This document shows, one piece after another, positions 1 through 9,914 of a DNA stretch of 64,000 nucleotides. Made by a program: the position numbers and the translations under genes. The stretch spans positions 25,174 through 89,173 of the forward strand of contig JARLHZ010000025.1 of assembly GCA_031291995.1 (NCBI GenBank). The letters run 5' to 3'. The DNA is from Candidatus Doudnabacteria bacterium (lineage in GTDB: Bacteria; Patescibacteriota; Doudnabacteria; UBA920). The first letter of the stretch is position 1. Every line of letters starts with the position of its first letter. The notes below the pieces were generated by a model. That model was not told where the DNA came from and made no database searches. It saw nothing but the letters and a program-made list of their open reading frames with translations.

Positions 1-2
1 GA

Positions 3-683
3 ATGGCCGATGTGTATCAACTGTTTAGCGCCAATGCCAAAACGGTCTGGTCACGCGCTTTTTTTCGAGCCAGAAAAAGAAAATCGGCAGTCCGGCTGGA
101 AGATGTTTTTTCCGCCCTACTTGACGAACCGTCCGTAGGTCAATTATTTTTACGATTGGGGGAAAACGCCAAAACCGCAAAGTTATTGCTAAAAAATTAT
201 CTCAAGCTGGAGGCCTTGGGACATGAAAATGACGTATTAAAAAAAATTCCCTTTGAAGCTTACGTCTTGGCCGTAAAACTCCACGACCACAGAGTGGGCA
301 GCCTCATGCTGCTGGGCGCGCTGCTCAAGCTGGCGCCCAAAGACAGCATTTTGCAATCCATCTTTACCAACATTGGACTAAACGCCGCCAAGCTGGAACT
401 GTTCGCCGTGTGGCTGTTAAATTTAAATTTTACCTTTCCCCCCAATTCCACCAGCGATAAATTCCTTTTTTGTTTAAAACAGGTTAATGGTTTGGAGGAG
501 CACTTTGGCTACTTTTTTGAACTTTCGGCCATAGAAACCGCGGTGGAATTCAGCCAGGATCAAACGTCACCCGACCTCCAGCATGCCGCGGCGTTGCGGC
601 TGCTGGTTAAGGCCGGACTGTTGGCTCGAAACAAAGACACTAAAATTATTTTCTCCGAATTGGTAAGCCACGCCTTCGTCTAA
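3..683 (+). CDS. Clp N-terminal-domain repeat protein (stand-alone double Clp_N-like)
   Basis: ORF 226 aa with two or three repeats resembling the ClpA/ClpB N-domain (VFSALLDEPSVGQLFLRLG..., GSLMLLGALLKLAPKDSIL...). ATG lies at the window edge and may be the true start. Confidence 0.45.
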   Translation: MADVYQLFSANAKTVWSRAFFRARKRKSAVRLEDVFSALLDEPSVGQLFLRLGENAKTAKLLLKNYLKLEALGHENDVLKKIPFEAYVLAVKLHDHRVGSLMLLGALLKLAPKDSILQSIFTNIGLNAAKLELFAVWLLNLNFTFPPNSTSDKFLFCLKQVNGLEEHFGYFFELSAIETAVEFSQDQTSPDLQHAAALRLLVKAGLLARNKDTKIIFSELVSHAFV

Positions 684-1723
684 GCGGAGGCTTTTTTAAT
701 TAATCGGTTCAGCTTGCGGCCAAAACCATAAAGCTTATACCATAAACTGTCGCAAACCAAATCGTAAGCCCCGGAATATTGCAAAGGCTGGCCCCCGAAA
801 CCAAGTTTGAATCGGACAAACCCGGGAATATTTCCGGAGCTGGTCTCGATGCCCCAAAAATCATATTCCGAAAATCCGGACGCTTTGGCATCAAGCATCG
901 CCTGCCAGTGCATTAAATATGGCGCCATAATATTTTTATGTTCCGCCGATGAGCCGCCGAATAAAAACGTCCTGGTGTTACCAAAATCCACCATGATCGC
1001 CGCGGCCAAAAGCTGGTTTTGGAATACCGCCTTATAAATATGAAGTTTAACTTCCCCCTGATTTTTTAAAGCGAAAAAGTCCACTAATTTTTGGTAATAC
1101 CGCGCCGAAAAAGTGGAGAACTGTTGGCGCTCGGAAGTTTGCAAAATTAATTTTAGCGCTTCGTCAAAAAATAACCCGTGCCCCACGGAAACCGCAAATT
1201 CATCCTTAATTTGGCAGCCGTGCTTTTGCGCCAGCTTAATATTATAGCGGGTTTTGTGATGCATTTCTGCCATTAACTGCTCAGCATTTTTGGACAAATC
1301 AATTATGAGCGTTTTAGCGGGCTGGATGTTTGTGCTCTTGGTTAAAGATAAAGGATTAATGATTAAAGATATGTCCCCCTTGGGCTCTGCGCGGATAAAT
1401 ACCGCTTGCGGCAGCTCCCGCCTTAACAATTCAAAAAACTGTCCGCTGTCCGCTTGCCGCTGTCCGCTTGCCGGCACCGGCCCGTACGGCGCGTACCAAT
1501 AATATTTTTTACCGAAGATCGGCATTTTTAACAGCTGGATTGTTTCCGTCCACTCCCCGCTTTCCGTTTTCAGCGCAAATCTTTTAATCTGCCGGCCCAA
1601 ACTTTCCTGCCATTGTCCCCATTCCCAAGACTGCAAAAAACTGCCGCTTGGGCTTTCGGCCACAAAGCGGTTATAGGAGTCTTTATCAGCGGAAGATAGT
1701 TCAATAAGATTCACAAATTCCAA
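680..1723 (-). CDS. FemAB-family peptidoglycan interpeptide-bridge aminoacyltransferase
   Basis: 347 aa. N-terminal LQSWEWGQW and C-terminal SAEHKNIMAPYLMHWQAMLDAKASGFSEYDFWGI match the FemX/FemA pattern (…HHMQYTMMKYAREHGATTYDFGG…). Confidence 0.7.
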   Translation of the reverse strand: MEFVNLIELSSADKDSYNRFVAESPSGSFLQSWEWGQWQESLGRQIKRFALKTESGEWTETIQLLKMPIFGKKYYWYAPYGPVPASGQRQADSGQFFELLRRELPQAVFIRAEPKGDISLIINPLSLTKSTNIQPAKTLIIDLSKNAEQLMAEMHHKTRYNIKLAQKHGCQIKDEFAVSVGHGLFFDEALKLILQTSERQQFSTFSARYYQKLVDFFALKNQGEVKLHIYKAVFQNQLLAAAIMVDFGNTRTFLFGGSSAEHKNIMAPYLMHWQAMLDAKASGFSEYDFWGIETSSGNIPGFVRFKLGFGGQPLQYSGAYDLVCDSLWYKLYGFGRKLNRLIKKASA

Positions 1724-1823
1724 ATATCAAATAAAAAATATCAAATCAAGTTCAAATGTCTAATTTTAAATTTCAAACTTTGACATTCATTTGAAATTTT
1801 TTATTTTAAATTTGAAATTAATT

Positions 1824-2381
1824 TTAGGCTTTGCCTAAAAATTTCAATGCCTGCTTTAGCTGCTCCTGCTGCGGTGCCGCGTGGTCAAGCTTGCCGACGG
1901 CTTCGCGCACTTCTCTTTGTCCATAGCCCAAAGCCAGCAAAGCATCAAAGACATCGGTACTGACTGCTGACTGCTGACTGCCAATTGCTCCCACTTTGCT
2001 CTTTAACTCCACAATAATTTTTTCCGCGGTCTTTAATCCGACTCCGGAAATTCGGGTAAACACTCCCGCGTCCTGGTTGGCAATAGCCTGCTTGACCGCG
2101 TCAACCTGAGCGGATGACAAAATTGCCAGCGCGACCTTCGGACCCACGCCGGACACGGTAATTAGCAATTCAAAAAACCGCAGCGTGATAAAATCCGGCA
2201 AGCCGAACAGGCTCTGTCCGTCATCGCTGACTTTCATGTAAGTATATAGGGCAACTGAATCCCCAACGCCCTGCTCCAAAATCTCCGGCGTGACAAATAC
2301 CTTATAGCCAATTCCCTGGTTTTCTAAGATTATATAAGTCAGGCCTTTTTCCAATATAGACCCTTTTAAATAAGCGATCAT
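1824..2381 (-). CDS. ruvA: Holliday junction DNA helicase RuvA
   Basis: 185 aa with the N-terminal OB-fold MIAYLKG...IGYKV, HhH repeats (GVGPKVALAILS) and a C-terminal domain III. Confidence 0.85.
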   Translation of the reverse strand: MIAYLKGSILEKGLTYIILENQGIGYKVFVTPEILEQGVGDSVALYTYMKVSDDGQSLFGLPDFITLRFFELLITVSGVGPKVALAILSSAQVDAVKQAIANQDAGVFTRISGVGLKTAEKIIVELKSKVGAIGSQQSAVSTDVFDALLALGYGQREVREAVGKLDHAAPQQEQLKQALKFLGKA

Positions 2382-2410
2382 AAGTTAATTCTAACATTAT
2401 CAAGAACCGT

Positions 2411-2439
2411 TGACAAAGGCGGACATGGGTAGTAGAATC
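2411..2439 (+). promoter_or_regulatory. Near-consensus sigma70-type promoter (TTGACA-17-TAGAAT) with no ORF downstream
   Basis: ttgacaaaggcggacatgggtagtagaat. It is followed by about 700 bp without a credible reading frame. Confidence 0.5.
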
Positions 2440-2456
2440 CCTTTACAACAATGGGA

Positions 2457-2950
2457 TGGGGGGTTCTCGATCACTCATGATCATAGGGAGTTTAGCGAAC
2501 TCACCCGTGACAGAGTTGGCTTCTGTGCCACTCATTCCATTTTTTGGCCCGAGCCCTTAGCTGGGTGGTTTGGTGCGAATGCCTGCAGCACGGCACGAAG
2601 GAATAGGCGCTACCGCGTCCTAAACCCACACCGACAAAAACCTTTGGCAATATTTGCCAATCTCGGGCCGCCAATTCTCATAATTTTGGGGGTCAGGCTT
2701 GGCAAGTCTTAATCTGAGGCTAGCCAGGTTTACGGCACCGCGATGCCACGACCCCCTCCAATTTTAAAAGATCCTGGACGCAGCGGCCTTCGCGTCAGGC
2801 CGTACGGGCCGCATTTGAGCGGTCATGCGCGTCCAGACCAGGGACAACGTTTACCCAGTGGCTTCGCTACGGGAATAACGTGTCCCGCCCGGGGGCCAAA
2901 CGGTTTTTGGATTAACTAGCCGTAATCCATTTACCATTGGCCCCCAACCA
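2457..2950 (+). ncRNA. Candidate structured non-coding RNA(s), identity unresolved (tmRNA-, RNase P RNA- or 6S-like candidates)
   Basis: The region starts GGGG just after the promoter and is GC-richer than its flanks. It has many local and long-range complementary segments (ctggacgc...gcgtccag, gggacaacg...cgtgtccc, ttggcaatatttgccaa, gggggccaa...ttggccccc-aacca). The only ORF (2410-2712) has no homology signal. Partial resemblance to the tmRNA 5' region (GGGAGTTTAGCGAACTC versus GGGATTTGCGAAACCC) and to RNase P CR-I/II-like strings, neither convincing. Confidence 0.3.
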
Positions 2951-3135
2951 AGTTTAAGGAGGATTCACAGCAATTATTTGCGGCCTTAAGATTCATTAGC
3001 CGCGCAGTTTTTTAAAGTTCTCCTCAAAAAAACGGCCGAGATCCATTCCCGACCTACCGAACTTCCGTCCCCCCGGCGGCAATTCGGTCTTTTTTTTGTT
3101 TGCCGACGATGTTATGATATAAGTCTAACTGGTTT

Positions 3136-5256
3136 TTGTGTCATCCCGCATTGAAAAATTGTATGTCCAAATTCAAACTTCAATCCAAATTCCAACCGGC
3201 GGGAGACCAGCCCGCGGCTATTGAGGGGTTATTAAAATCCCTCAAGGCCAAACGCCGCTACCAAACCCTGCTGGGTGTTACGGGAAGCGGTAAGACTTTT
3301 ACTATGGCCAATATTATAGAGAAAATCCAAAAACCAACGCTCATAATCAGCCATAATAAAACCCTGGCCGCGCAACTGGCCGCGGAATTCCAGGAGTTTT
3401 TTCCGGACAACGCGGTCCACTATTTTGTATCTTACTACGATTATTACCAGCCCGAAGCCTATATCCCCCGCTCCGACACATATATTGAAAAAGATACCCA
3501 AATTAACGAAGAAATAGACCGGTTAAGGAACGCGGCCACGCAATCGCTTTTGTCGCGAAAGGACGTGCTGATTGTGGCTTCGGTGTCCTGCATTTACGGT
3601 TTAGGCAATCCGGCCAATTATTTGGAGCTGTCGCTGGCCATAAAAAAAGGACAGAGCTTAAAACGCGACAAATTGCTCAGGCGGCTGACTGATTTGCAAT
3701 TCCACCGCAACGACATCGACCTGCAGCGCGGTACCTTCCGTGTCCACGGCGACGTGCTGGAAATTATTTTATCTTCAGAAGACACGATTATCCGCATGGA
3801 TTTCTTTGGCGACGTACTGGAAAAAATCGAACGGCTGGACGCGGTGTCCGGCCACAAAATTGAGGAGCTGGATGAATTTATGATTTTCCCGGCCAAGCAT
3901 TTTGTCACTCCCGAGGACAAACTAAAAGAAGCGGAAGAAAACATCCGTCTGGAACTTATAGACCGGCTCAAGGAGCTAAAGTCACAGGGCAAAGTTTTAG
4001 AGGCCGCCCGTTTGGAACAGCGCACCAATTTTGATTTGGAAATGTTGACCAATACCGGTTTTGTGGCCGGCATAGAAAACTATTCCCGGGTATTGGAAGG
4101 CCGCGAGCCGGGCAGTCCGCCTTCCACGCTTATTGATTACTTCCCCGATGATTTTTTGCTATTTTTGGACGAATCCCACCAAACGGTACCGCAAATTGGC
4201 GCCATGTACGAAGGCGACAAATCCCGCAAAACCACTTTGGTTGATTACGGTTTCCGTTTGCCCAGCGCGCTCGACAATCGCCCGTTAAAATTTAACGAAT
4301 TCGAAAAAAAGATCAATCAGGTAATTTTTGTTTCGGCCACGCCGGCGGAATTTGAAATAGAGCGAAGCTTGACGCAAAAAGACACCAAATTCGTGACCAA
4401 ATCCAAACGGACCGAAGCCGAGCAAAGCATTATAGACGCCCGGCCAAAATTAAAACAAATGGACCCGCCGTCCATTGTGGAGCAAATCATCCGCCCCACC
4501 GGACTTATTGACCCGACAATTGAAATAAAGCCGATTAAGAACCAGGTGGACGACTTAATAGAAAGAATTAAGGAACGGATTGCTAAACACCAGAGAGTAC
4601 TCGTAGCCACACTGACCAAACGCATGGCCGAAGAGCTGGCGGAATATTTGAAAGAGGACGGCATTAAAGTCCAGTACATGCATTCGGACGTGGATACTTT
4701 TGAACGTTTGGAAATTTTACGCGACCTCCGGCTGGGAGTTTACGATGTTTTGGTGGGCATTAACCTGCTGCGCGAAGGTTTGGATCTCCCGGAAGTCTCT
4801 CTGGTTGCGATTTTGGACGCGGATAAAGAAGGCTTCCTGCGCTCCGAAACCTTCTTTATGCAAATGATGGGCCGCGCCGCTCGCCATTTGGAAGGTCATG
4901 TTGTTATGTACGCCGACAGAATTACCGGCTCCATGCAACGCGCGATTGACGAAACCAACCGCCGGCGCAAGCTCCAGGAAACCTATAACAAAAAACACGG
5001 CATTACGCCGCAAAGCATCCAAAAAGCCATTGGCGATTCGCGAATGGCCGGCAGCAAAGTGGAATTTGAAACAGCCGACGACGAACAAAAACGCCGCGAC
5101 CCCGGCAAAATGGACAAACAGGAACTAAAATTTTATCTGGACGAATTAAACGAGCAAATGGACCTGGCCTCAAAAAACCTGGAATTCGAGATCGCGGCAA
5201 AAATACGCGACAGGATTGAAGAAATAAAAAAAATAAATAAACTAAAAAGTCGATAA
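3136..5256 (+). CDS. uvrB: Excinuclease ABC subunit B
   Basis: 706 aa with Walker A GVTGSGKT, helicase motifs and a C-terminal UvrB/UvrC interaction helix ([17 protein letters not shown]). Confidence 0.95.
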   Translation: MCHPALKNCMSKFKLQSKFQPAGDQPAAIEGLLKSLKAKRRYQTLLGVTGSGKTFTMANIIEKIQKPTLIISHNKTLAAQLAAEFQEFFPDNAVHYFVSYYDYYQPEAYIPRSDTYIEKDTQINEEIDRLRNAATQSLLSRKDVLIVASVSCIYGLGNPANYLELSLAIKKGQSLKRDKLLRRLTDLQFHRNDIDLQRGTFRVHGDVLEIILSSEDTIIRMDFFGDVLEKIERLDAVSGHKIEELDEFMIFPAKHFVTPEDKLKEAEENIRLELIDRLKELKSQGKVLEAARLEQRTNFDLEMLTNTGFVAGIENYSRVLEGREPGSPPSTLIDYFPDDFLLFLDESHQTVPQIGAMYEGDKSRKTTLVDYGFRLPSALDNRPLKFNEFEKKINQVIFVSATPAEFEIERSLTQKDTKFVTKSKRTEAEQSIIDARPKLKQMDPPSIVEQIIRPTGLIDPTIEIKPIKNQVDDLIERIKERIAKHQRVLVATLTKRMAEELAEYLKEDGIKVQYMHSDVDTFERLEILRDLRLGVYDVLVGINLLREGLDLPEVSLVAILDADKEGFLRSETFFMQMMGRAARHLEGHVVMYADRITGSMQRAIDETNRRRKLQETYNKKHGITPQSIQKAIGDSRMAGSKVEFETADDEQKRRDPGKMDKQELKFYLDELNEQMDLASKNLEFEIAAKIRDRIEEIKKINKLKSR

Positions 5257-5266
5257 ACGACAAAAC

Positions 5267-5306
5267 AAAGAGCAGGATTCTAGCGGCCGCTAGAATCCTG
5301 CTCTTT
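5267..5306. terminator. Perfect 40-nt palindrome, bidirectional terminator between convergent uvrB and the trmB-like gene
   Basis: aaagagcaggattctagcggccgctagaatcctgctcttt, flanked by T and A runs. Confidence 0.7.
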
Positions 5307-5315
5307 GTTTTCAGG

Positions 5316-6056
5316 TTATGGCGTATCAATCGGCTCGCTGGCTTTCCAGGCAAACTCATACAGACTTGTTAAAGACCTGTAAATCCCCTGGCTTCTAATC
5401 TGGATTGCCGATATGTACGGTTGAAAAGAAAAAAATACCGCGTTGCCGTCATATAAACAATTATCGGTCATAAAATCCCCTTCCCCTTTTACAAAACGCT
5501 GAGAAAAATTCTCCCCGTGGCGCATAGTTTTAATATATTCCAAATCGGCCGGACTTTTTGTTAAAAGCTCTCGGACTTTTACCCGGCCCTTCATTGCTTC
5601 ATCATTCAACTTTTTTGGAAAGTCGGGATAAACGGAAATAATATCTCTGATGGTAGAAAACCAGGCAACTTCTTTGGCGTCTAAAATCCGCTCATAAACT
5701 TCCCTCACCGCGTCTTTCCCTTCAAACAGCAAAACCTGGGGCTTGTCGACTTTGGCATTATATAGAGCCAACAGCTGTGGCAGATACCGCTTCACAAGAT
5801 CTTGTTTACGGCCCAAATCGGAAACAATTTTTTCCGGACTTTCCGCCGTATACAAAACTTTCCTGGCCCTTGGCACCACACTTACCAGTCCCCTGGCCTG
5901 CAAATCTTCCAATATTAAATAAGTGGTAGGCCTTTTTACCTGGGCTTTAGTGGCAATGGGATGAACTGTTGCGGTTCCTAATTCCAAAAGCGCCATATAC
6001 ACTGCAGCCTGCTTTTCGTTAAGGCCGGCTTGTTTTAAAGTGTCCAAAATCTCCAT
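5316..6056 (-). CDS. TrmB-family transcriptional regulator (wHTH plus C-terminal effector domain)
   Basis: 246 aa. The N-terminal region LKQAGLNEKQAAVYMALLELGTATVHPIATKAQVKRPTTYLILEDLQARGLV is a TrmB-type winged helix. Confidence 0.65.
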   Translation of the reverse strand: MEILDTLKQAGLNEKQAAVYMALLELGTATVHPIATKAQVKRPTTYLILEDLQARGLVSVVPRARKVLYTAESPEKIVSDLGRKQDLVKRYLPQLLALYNAKVDKPQVLLFEGKDAVREVYERILDAKEVAWFSTIRDIISVYPDFPKKLNDEAMKGRVKVRELLTKSPADLEYIKTMRHGENFSQRFVKGEGDFMTDNCLYDGNAVFFSFQPYISAIQIRSQGIYRSLTSLYEFAWKASEPIDTP

Positions 6057-6280
6057 ATGTTGATTATACGCCGATTTATATTTTTTGTCAACTTTTCTGA
6101 CAACATATTAATAATCAATGAATTTGCCTATTTTATTGGATATTTCACATTTCTTATTAGTCAGCATTATTGACTATATGTTAAATTTATGACATAATGA
6201 TTGGTTACATTGTAACACCTCCCGACTCCGGAGCGGTCGGTCAAGGTAAATTAAGCTCTAACGACCCAGAGGAGGGCAAA

Positions 6281-6409
6281 ATGTCACCCAAAAAGATTTG
6301 GATTATTCAGTTGGCTCTGCTGGTACTGCTGGTTGCGGCTTTCTACGCAACACCCTGGCATGAATATGCCAAGGCCAGAGAAATCCAGGCAGTGTCGGCA
6401 TGCCACTGA
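6281..6409 (+). CDS. Small membrane protein (42 aa, one TM helix)
   Basis: Strong RBS GAGGAGGG 5 nt upstream of the ATG. Hydrophobic core IWIIQLALLVLLVAAFY. Followed by a hairpin gggcggc...gccgccc. Confidence 0.35.
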   Translation: MSPKKIWIIQLALLVLLVAAFYATPWHEYAKAREIQAVSACH

Positions 6410-6554
6410 CAGGCTACGGGGCGGCAATAATCTAGACTAGCCGCCCTACCTATAAATTTCAATTTCATATAAACAACATTACCGTAATGCGGTTTACCAA
6501 TAATCGAATTAATGCCACTTAGCCCCTTGAGGGCAAGAGCAACAAAGGAATCAA

Positions 6555-7562
6555 ATGAACAAGAAAATTTCATTATACATTGTAGTGTTAATTGTGGCAG
6601 GACTATTTAGTGTGCTTTACATCAACCACACTAAAAACCAAAAGTTTACAGATCAATTCCCTACGGTTCGGGTCGGCCTTAACCCTTGGATCGGCAACGG
6701 ACTTTACTACTATGCCCAGGACAAAGGAATTTATAAACAGAATGGTATTAATGTTAACCTGGTTGAGTATGACGATAATTCGGTTGGGAAACAGCTGTTA
6801 AATTCTAACCAAATTGACGTGCTGCCCTTTACGCCGGACGTATTGGTAGACCTCAAGGCAGCCGGGGCCGATGTTACGGCCGTAGCCATAACAGACAACA
6901 GCCAAGGCGCTGACGGTATTGTGGCCAGCGATAAGATTAAAACCATCGCCGACCTAAAAGGCCAAACTGTGGCATTTGAAACAGGATCAACTTCACAGTT
7001 ATTGCTCGCTCAAATTCTGGCCAAAGCAGGGTTAACATTAAACGATATCAAGCCGCTCAGTATGTCAGCCGGAGATGCCGGCGCGGCTTTTCTGGCCGGA
7101 AAAGTTGACGTAGCCGTCACTTGGGAACCCTGGCTTACCAAAGATTCTACCAGGCCAGGCGGGCACATATTGGCAAGTTCCAAAGACCTTGACGTATTGC
7201 CGGATATAATGATTTTTCGCACCGATTTTGTAACCAAGCACCCTGATGTGGTTAGCCGTTTTATGGCAAGTTTTTTTGATGCGGTTACTGTGTCCAAACA
7301 AAACCCCCAGGAAATCCAAGCCGAGCTCGCCAACCAATATGGTTTAAGTCCCTCCGAGGTTCAACAAATGATGCCAAAATTTTCCTGGTTTGATTTAGCC
7401 GGAAACATGGAAAAATTTGCGGGTAACGGTTCGCCTACAAAAAATTTAACCGAGTCCGCCAACCAAATTTGGACCACTCAGGGCATTATCAGTCAACAAG
7501 TTAACTTACAAGAAGTCTGGGATGATAGCTTTTTAAACACCCTAAACCATGCGAACAATTAA
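6555..7562 (+). CDS. ABC transporter substrate-binding protein, NMT1/SsuA/TauA family (sulfonate, nitrate or taurine type)
   Basis: 335 aa with a signal/TM N-terminus and an NMT1-like fold (VRVGLNPWIGNGLYYYAQDKG...). RBS AAAGGA. Confidence 0.7.
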   Translation: MNKKISLYIVVLIVAGLFSVLYINHTKNQKFTDQFPTVRVGLNPWIGNGLYYYAQDKGIYKQNGINVNLVEYDDNSVGKQLLNSNQIDVLPFTPDVLVDLKAAGADVTAVAITDNSQGADGIVASDKIKTIADLKGQTVAFETGSTSQLLLAQILAKAGLTLNDIKPLSMSAGDAGAAFLAGKVDVAVTWEPWLTKDSTRPGGHILASSKDLDVLPDIMIFRTDFVTKHPDVVSRFMASFFDAVTVSKQNPQEIQAELANQYGLSPSEVQQMMPKFSWFDLAGNMEKFAGNGSPTKNLTESANQIWTTQGIISQQVNLQEVWDDSFLNTLNHANN

Positions 7563-8328
7563 TAATTTAAAACTCAAACCTTTAGCCTTAGCCGGTTCAG
7601 GTTTCATTTTTCTTCTAATTATCTGGCTATGGCTAACCAACGGCGGGTATATTGCTCCTGTGTTATTGCCCAGTCCTCAAAACGTATTTAAGGCCGGGCA
7701 GATCATGTTCCAAAATGGCCAGCTTGGTTCGGCATTTTTAGCCAGCGGGGAAAGGATTATGGTTGGATTCCTCATCTCGGCCGCCATCTCCATACCGCTT
7801 GGGTTACTGATTGGGTCTTACCGCCCGGCCAGAACTTTGCTTGCTCCGATATTGGCATTCATTCGCTACATACCACCGTCAGCTTTTATTCCGCTAATGA
7901 TTGTCTGGCTCGGCATCTCCGAAGCCCAAAAAATTAGTGTAGTAATTTTGGCCATCGCCCCATACTTTTGCCTGATGGTCGCCGACGCGGCGGCGGCAAC
8001 AAAACCGGAGCTAATTAACAGCGCCTTAACGCTCGGGGCGTCAAAAAGCGATGTGTTTTGGCAAGTTATAGCGCCGCACTCCATGCCCGCGGCCTGGGAT
8101 TCCGGACGCATCATGCTAGGCGCCAGCTGGTCATTTGTAATCATTTCCGAAATTGTCGGTTCAAACAATGGCTTAGGCCATTTAATTACCGAGTCCCAAC
8201 GCTACCTGCAAACTGCCAATATTTTTGCCGCCATTATTATTATCGGACTAATTGGCTTAGTGAGTGATTTTATTCTTCACCATAGCTCCAAATTAATTTT
8301 CCCCTGGTTCCACCATGCTGCAAATTAA
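7549..8328 (+). CDS. ABC transporter permease (SsuC/TauC-type)
   Basis: 259 aa, multi-TM. Overlaps the upstream SBP gene and the downstream ATPase gene. Confidence 0.75.
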   Translation: MRTINNLKLKPLALAGSGFIFLLIIWLWLTNGGYIAPVLLPSPQNVFKAGQIMFQNGQLGSAFLASGERIMVGFLISAAISIPLGLLIGSYRPARTLLAPILAFIRYIPPSAFIPLMIVWLGISEAQKISVVILAIAPYFCLMVADAAAATKPELINSALTLGASKSDVFWQVIAPHSMPAAWDSGRIMLGASWSFVIISEIVGSNNGLGHLITESQRYLQTANIFAAIIIIGLIGLVSDFILHHSSKLIFPWFHHAAN

Positions 8329-9079
8329 CCAAATCTCAAAAACTTTTCACCTTGGCGGCCGCGAACTAAAAGTTATAGACGGACTGTCTTTGAATTTGGC
8401 CGCCGGAGAATTTGTAGCAATTGTCGGACCCAGCGGCTGTGGCAAAAGTACGCTGGTTTCCATGGTCGCCGGCCTGGAACAACCAACCAGCGGAGAAATT
8501 TTACATTCGAATAAAACTGTAGAACGGCCGCATGTCAGTCGCGGAGTAGTATTCCAAAATTTTTCCCTGTTCCCATGGCTGAGTGTCAAAAAAAATATAG
8601 CATTTGCGTTAAAGCTTAAAAGGTTTCCGACATCGGAGATAAATTCCATCGTCAATAAATACCTTAATCTTGTTGGGCTAAAGGATTTTGGCGACTACCT
8701 TCCCAAGCACCTGTCCGGTGGGATGCAACAGCGCGTGGCAATAGCGCGCACTCTGGCGGCTGACCCGGAAATTATTCTTATGGATGAGCCTTTTGGGGCT
8801 CTGGACGCCCAAACCAAAATTTCACTGCAACAGACTCTGGCGGATATCTGTGTCCGCGAGAAAAAAACTGTTCTGTTTATTACCCACGACATTCACGAAG
8901 CCGTATTCCTCGCTGACCGCGTTTGCGTAATGAGCCCGAGGCCGGGAAAAATTATTGCCTCATTCAATATTAACTCTGTTAAACCAAGAACCCAAAATCT
9001 AAAAAGAACCCGAGAATTCTCCGATACCGTCTGGGAAATTCAAGAAGCTCTAAATAAAGGTTTCCAATCGGAAGTATAA
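8315..9079 (+). CDS. ABC transporter ATP-binding protein (SsuB/TauB/NrtD-type)
   Basis: Walker [10 protein letters not shown], signature [15 protein letters not shown], Walker [13 protein letters not shown]. Confidence 0.9.
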   Translation: MLQINQISKTFHLGGRELKVIDGLSLNLAAGEFVAIVGPSGCGKSTLVSMVAGLEQPTSGEILHSNKTVERPHVSRGVVFQNFSLFPWLSVKKNIAFALKLKRFPTSEINSIVNKYLNLVGLKDFGDYLPKHLSGGMQQRVAIARTLAADPEIILMDEPFGALDAQTKISLQQTLADICVREKKTVLFITHDIHEAVFLADRVCVMSPRPGKIIASFNINSVKPRTQNLKRTREFSDTVWEIQEALNKGFQSEV

Positions 9080-9212
9080 ATAAAGCCTTGCTTTTTTCAT
9101 CGAATTTTGGTAGACTCTTTATATCCTAATAAGGCTTGCTGCGCTTTGTTGGACCGTGTTAGATTATGCAGGCCACGGGCCTGCGCTACAGACCTATAAA
9201 TTAACAAATTCT

Positions 9213-9476
9213 ATGCCAAACACCAAATCGGCCGCTAAGGCCATGAGACAAGCTATTGTGCGCCGGGTCAGGAACGTGCACGCCAAAGACAAATTCAAGA
9301 ACGCGGTTAAGGACGTTAAAAAACTCATTGCCGCCGGCAAGAAAAGCGAAGCCATGGAAGCCATGAAAAAGGCCATGTCCGCGCTCGACAAAGCCGCCAA
9401 GAAAAATGTCATTAAAAAGGGCAAATCTTCCCGCTTAAAATCCCGCATGGCCAAAGCGCTGGCTAAAATAAAGTAA
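9213..9476 (+). CDS. rpsT: 30S ribosomal protein S20
   Basis: MPNTKSAAKAMRQAIVRRVRNVHAKDKFKNAVK... is the typical S20 pattern. The ORF-track start at 9156 is probably too long. Confidence 0.85.
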   Translation: MPNTKSAAKAMRQAIVRRVRNVHAKDKFKNAVKDVKKLIAAGKKSEAMEAMKKAMSALDKAAKKNVIKKGKSSRLKSRMAKALAKIK

Positions 9477-9560
9477 ATTTCGATTCTGAATTCCGGATAT
9501 TTTTTGCGCCCGCGAATTCCCGTCATCGCAAAAAATTTCGGAATGAAAAGCCTGCTATAT

Positions 9561-9596
9561 AAAATCCCGCCTCTCATAAAAGAGGCGGGATTTTTT
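9561..9596. terminator. Rho-independent terminator after rpsT, bidirectional
   Basis: aatcccgcctct-cataaa-agaggcgggatttttt. A second imperfect hairpin lies upstream (ttccggatattttttgcg...cgcaaaaaatttcggaa). Confidence 0.7.
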
Positions 9597-9614
9597 GGCA
9601 GCTCGCATACTTTG

Positions 9615-9851
9615 CTAAACGGACACTTTTTCCTGAGCCTCGTTTAAGGCCTTGAGAAATTCCTGTAAATCGTTCTGAAAAACAGTGACATTTCCGCGAT
9701 GACCCATGCCGTCTTTTATCCAGCTCTGGCCGATGCTCAAATATTTGTGGCCATTTTTGGCCGCTTTGACATCAAAGAAATACATTTGCCCTTTGGTCTT
9801 AAGATTTTGCGAATAGATAGGAGGAGTTTGTTGGGAAGAATTTTCCTGCAT
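9615..9851 (-). CDS. PUR-alpha-like / DUF3276-type small nucleic-acid-binding protein
   Basis: 78 aa. MYFFDVKAAKNGHKYLSIGQS resembles the PUR repeat (F.D...N..G.FL.I). Confidence 0.45.
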   Translation of the reverse strand: MQENSSQQTPPIYSQNLKTKGQMYFFDVKAAKNGHKYLSIGQSWIKDGMGHRGNVTVFQNDLQEFLKALNEAQEKVSV

Positions 9852-9914
9852 ATGTTTACGCTTGGTTTATTATAACGACCTTTTATCAATAACTCCCCGC
9901 AGCTGTTCGGGGAT

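Noticed and set aside
2410-2712. 100-aa ORF overlapping the promoter-proximal non-coding region
   Set aside because: The start overlaps the -35/-10 hexamers. There is no RBS. The composition is not protein-like (WDGGFSITHDHREF...). It sits inside a region better explained as structured RNA.
2457-2950. Attempt to call this region tmRNA (ssrA) or RNase P RNA specifically
   Set aside because: It lacks the canonical tmRNA 5' GGATTCGAC box, a T-arm GGTTCGANTCC and a 3' CCACCA. RNase P CR-I/CR-II/CR-V strings match only loosely and in the wrong spacing. It is kept as an unassigned ncRNA candidate.
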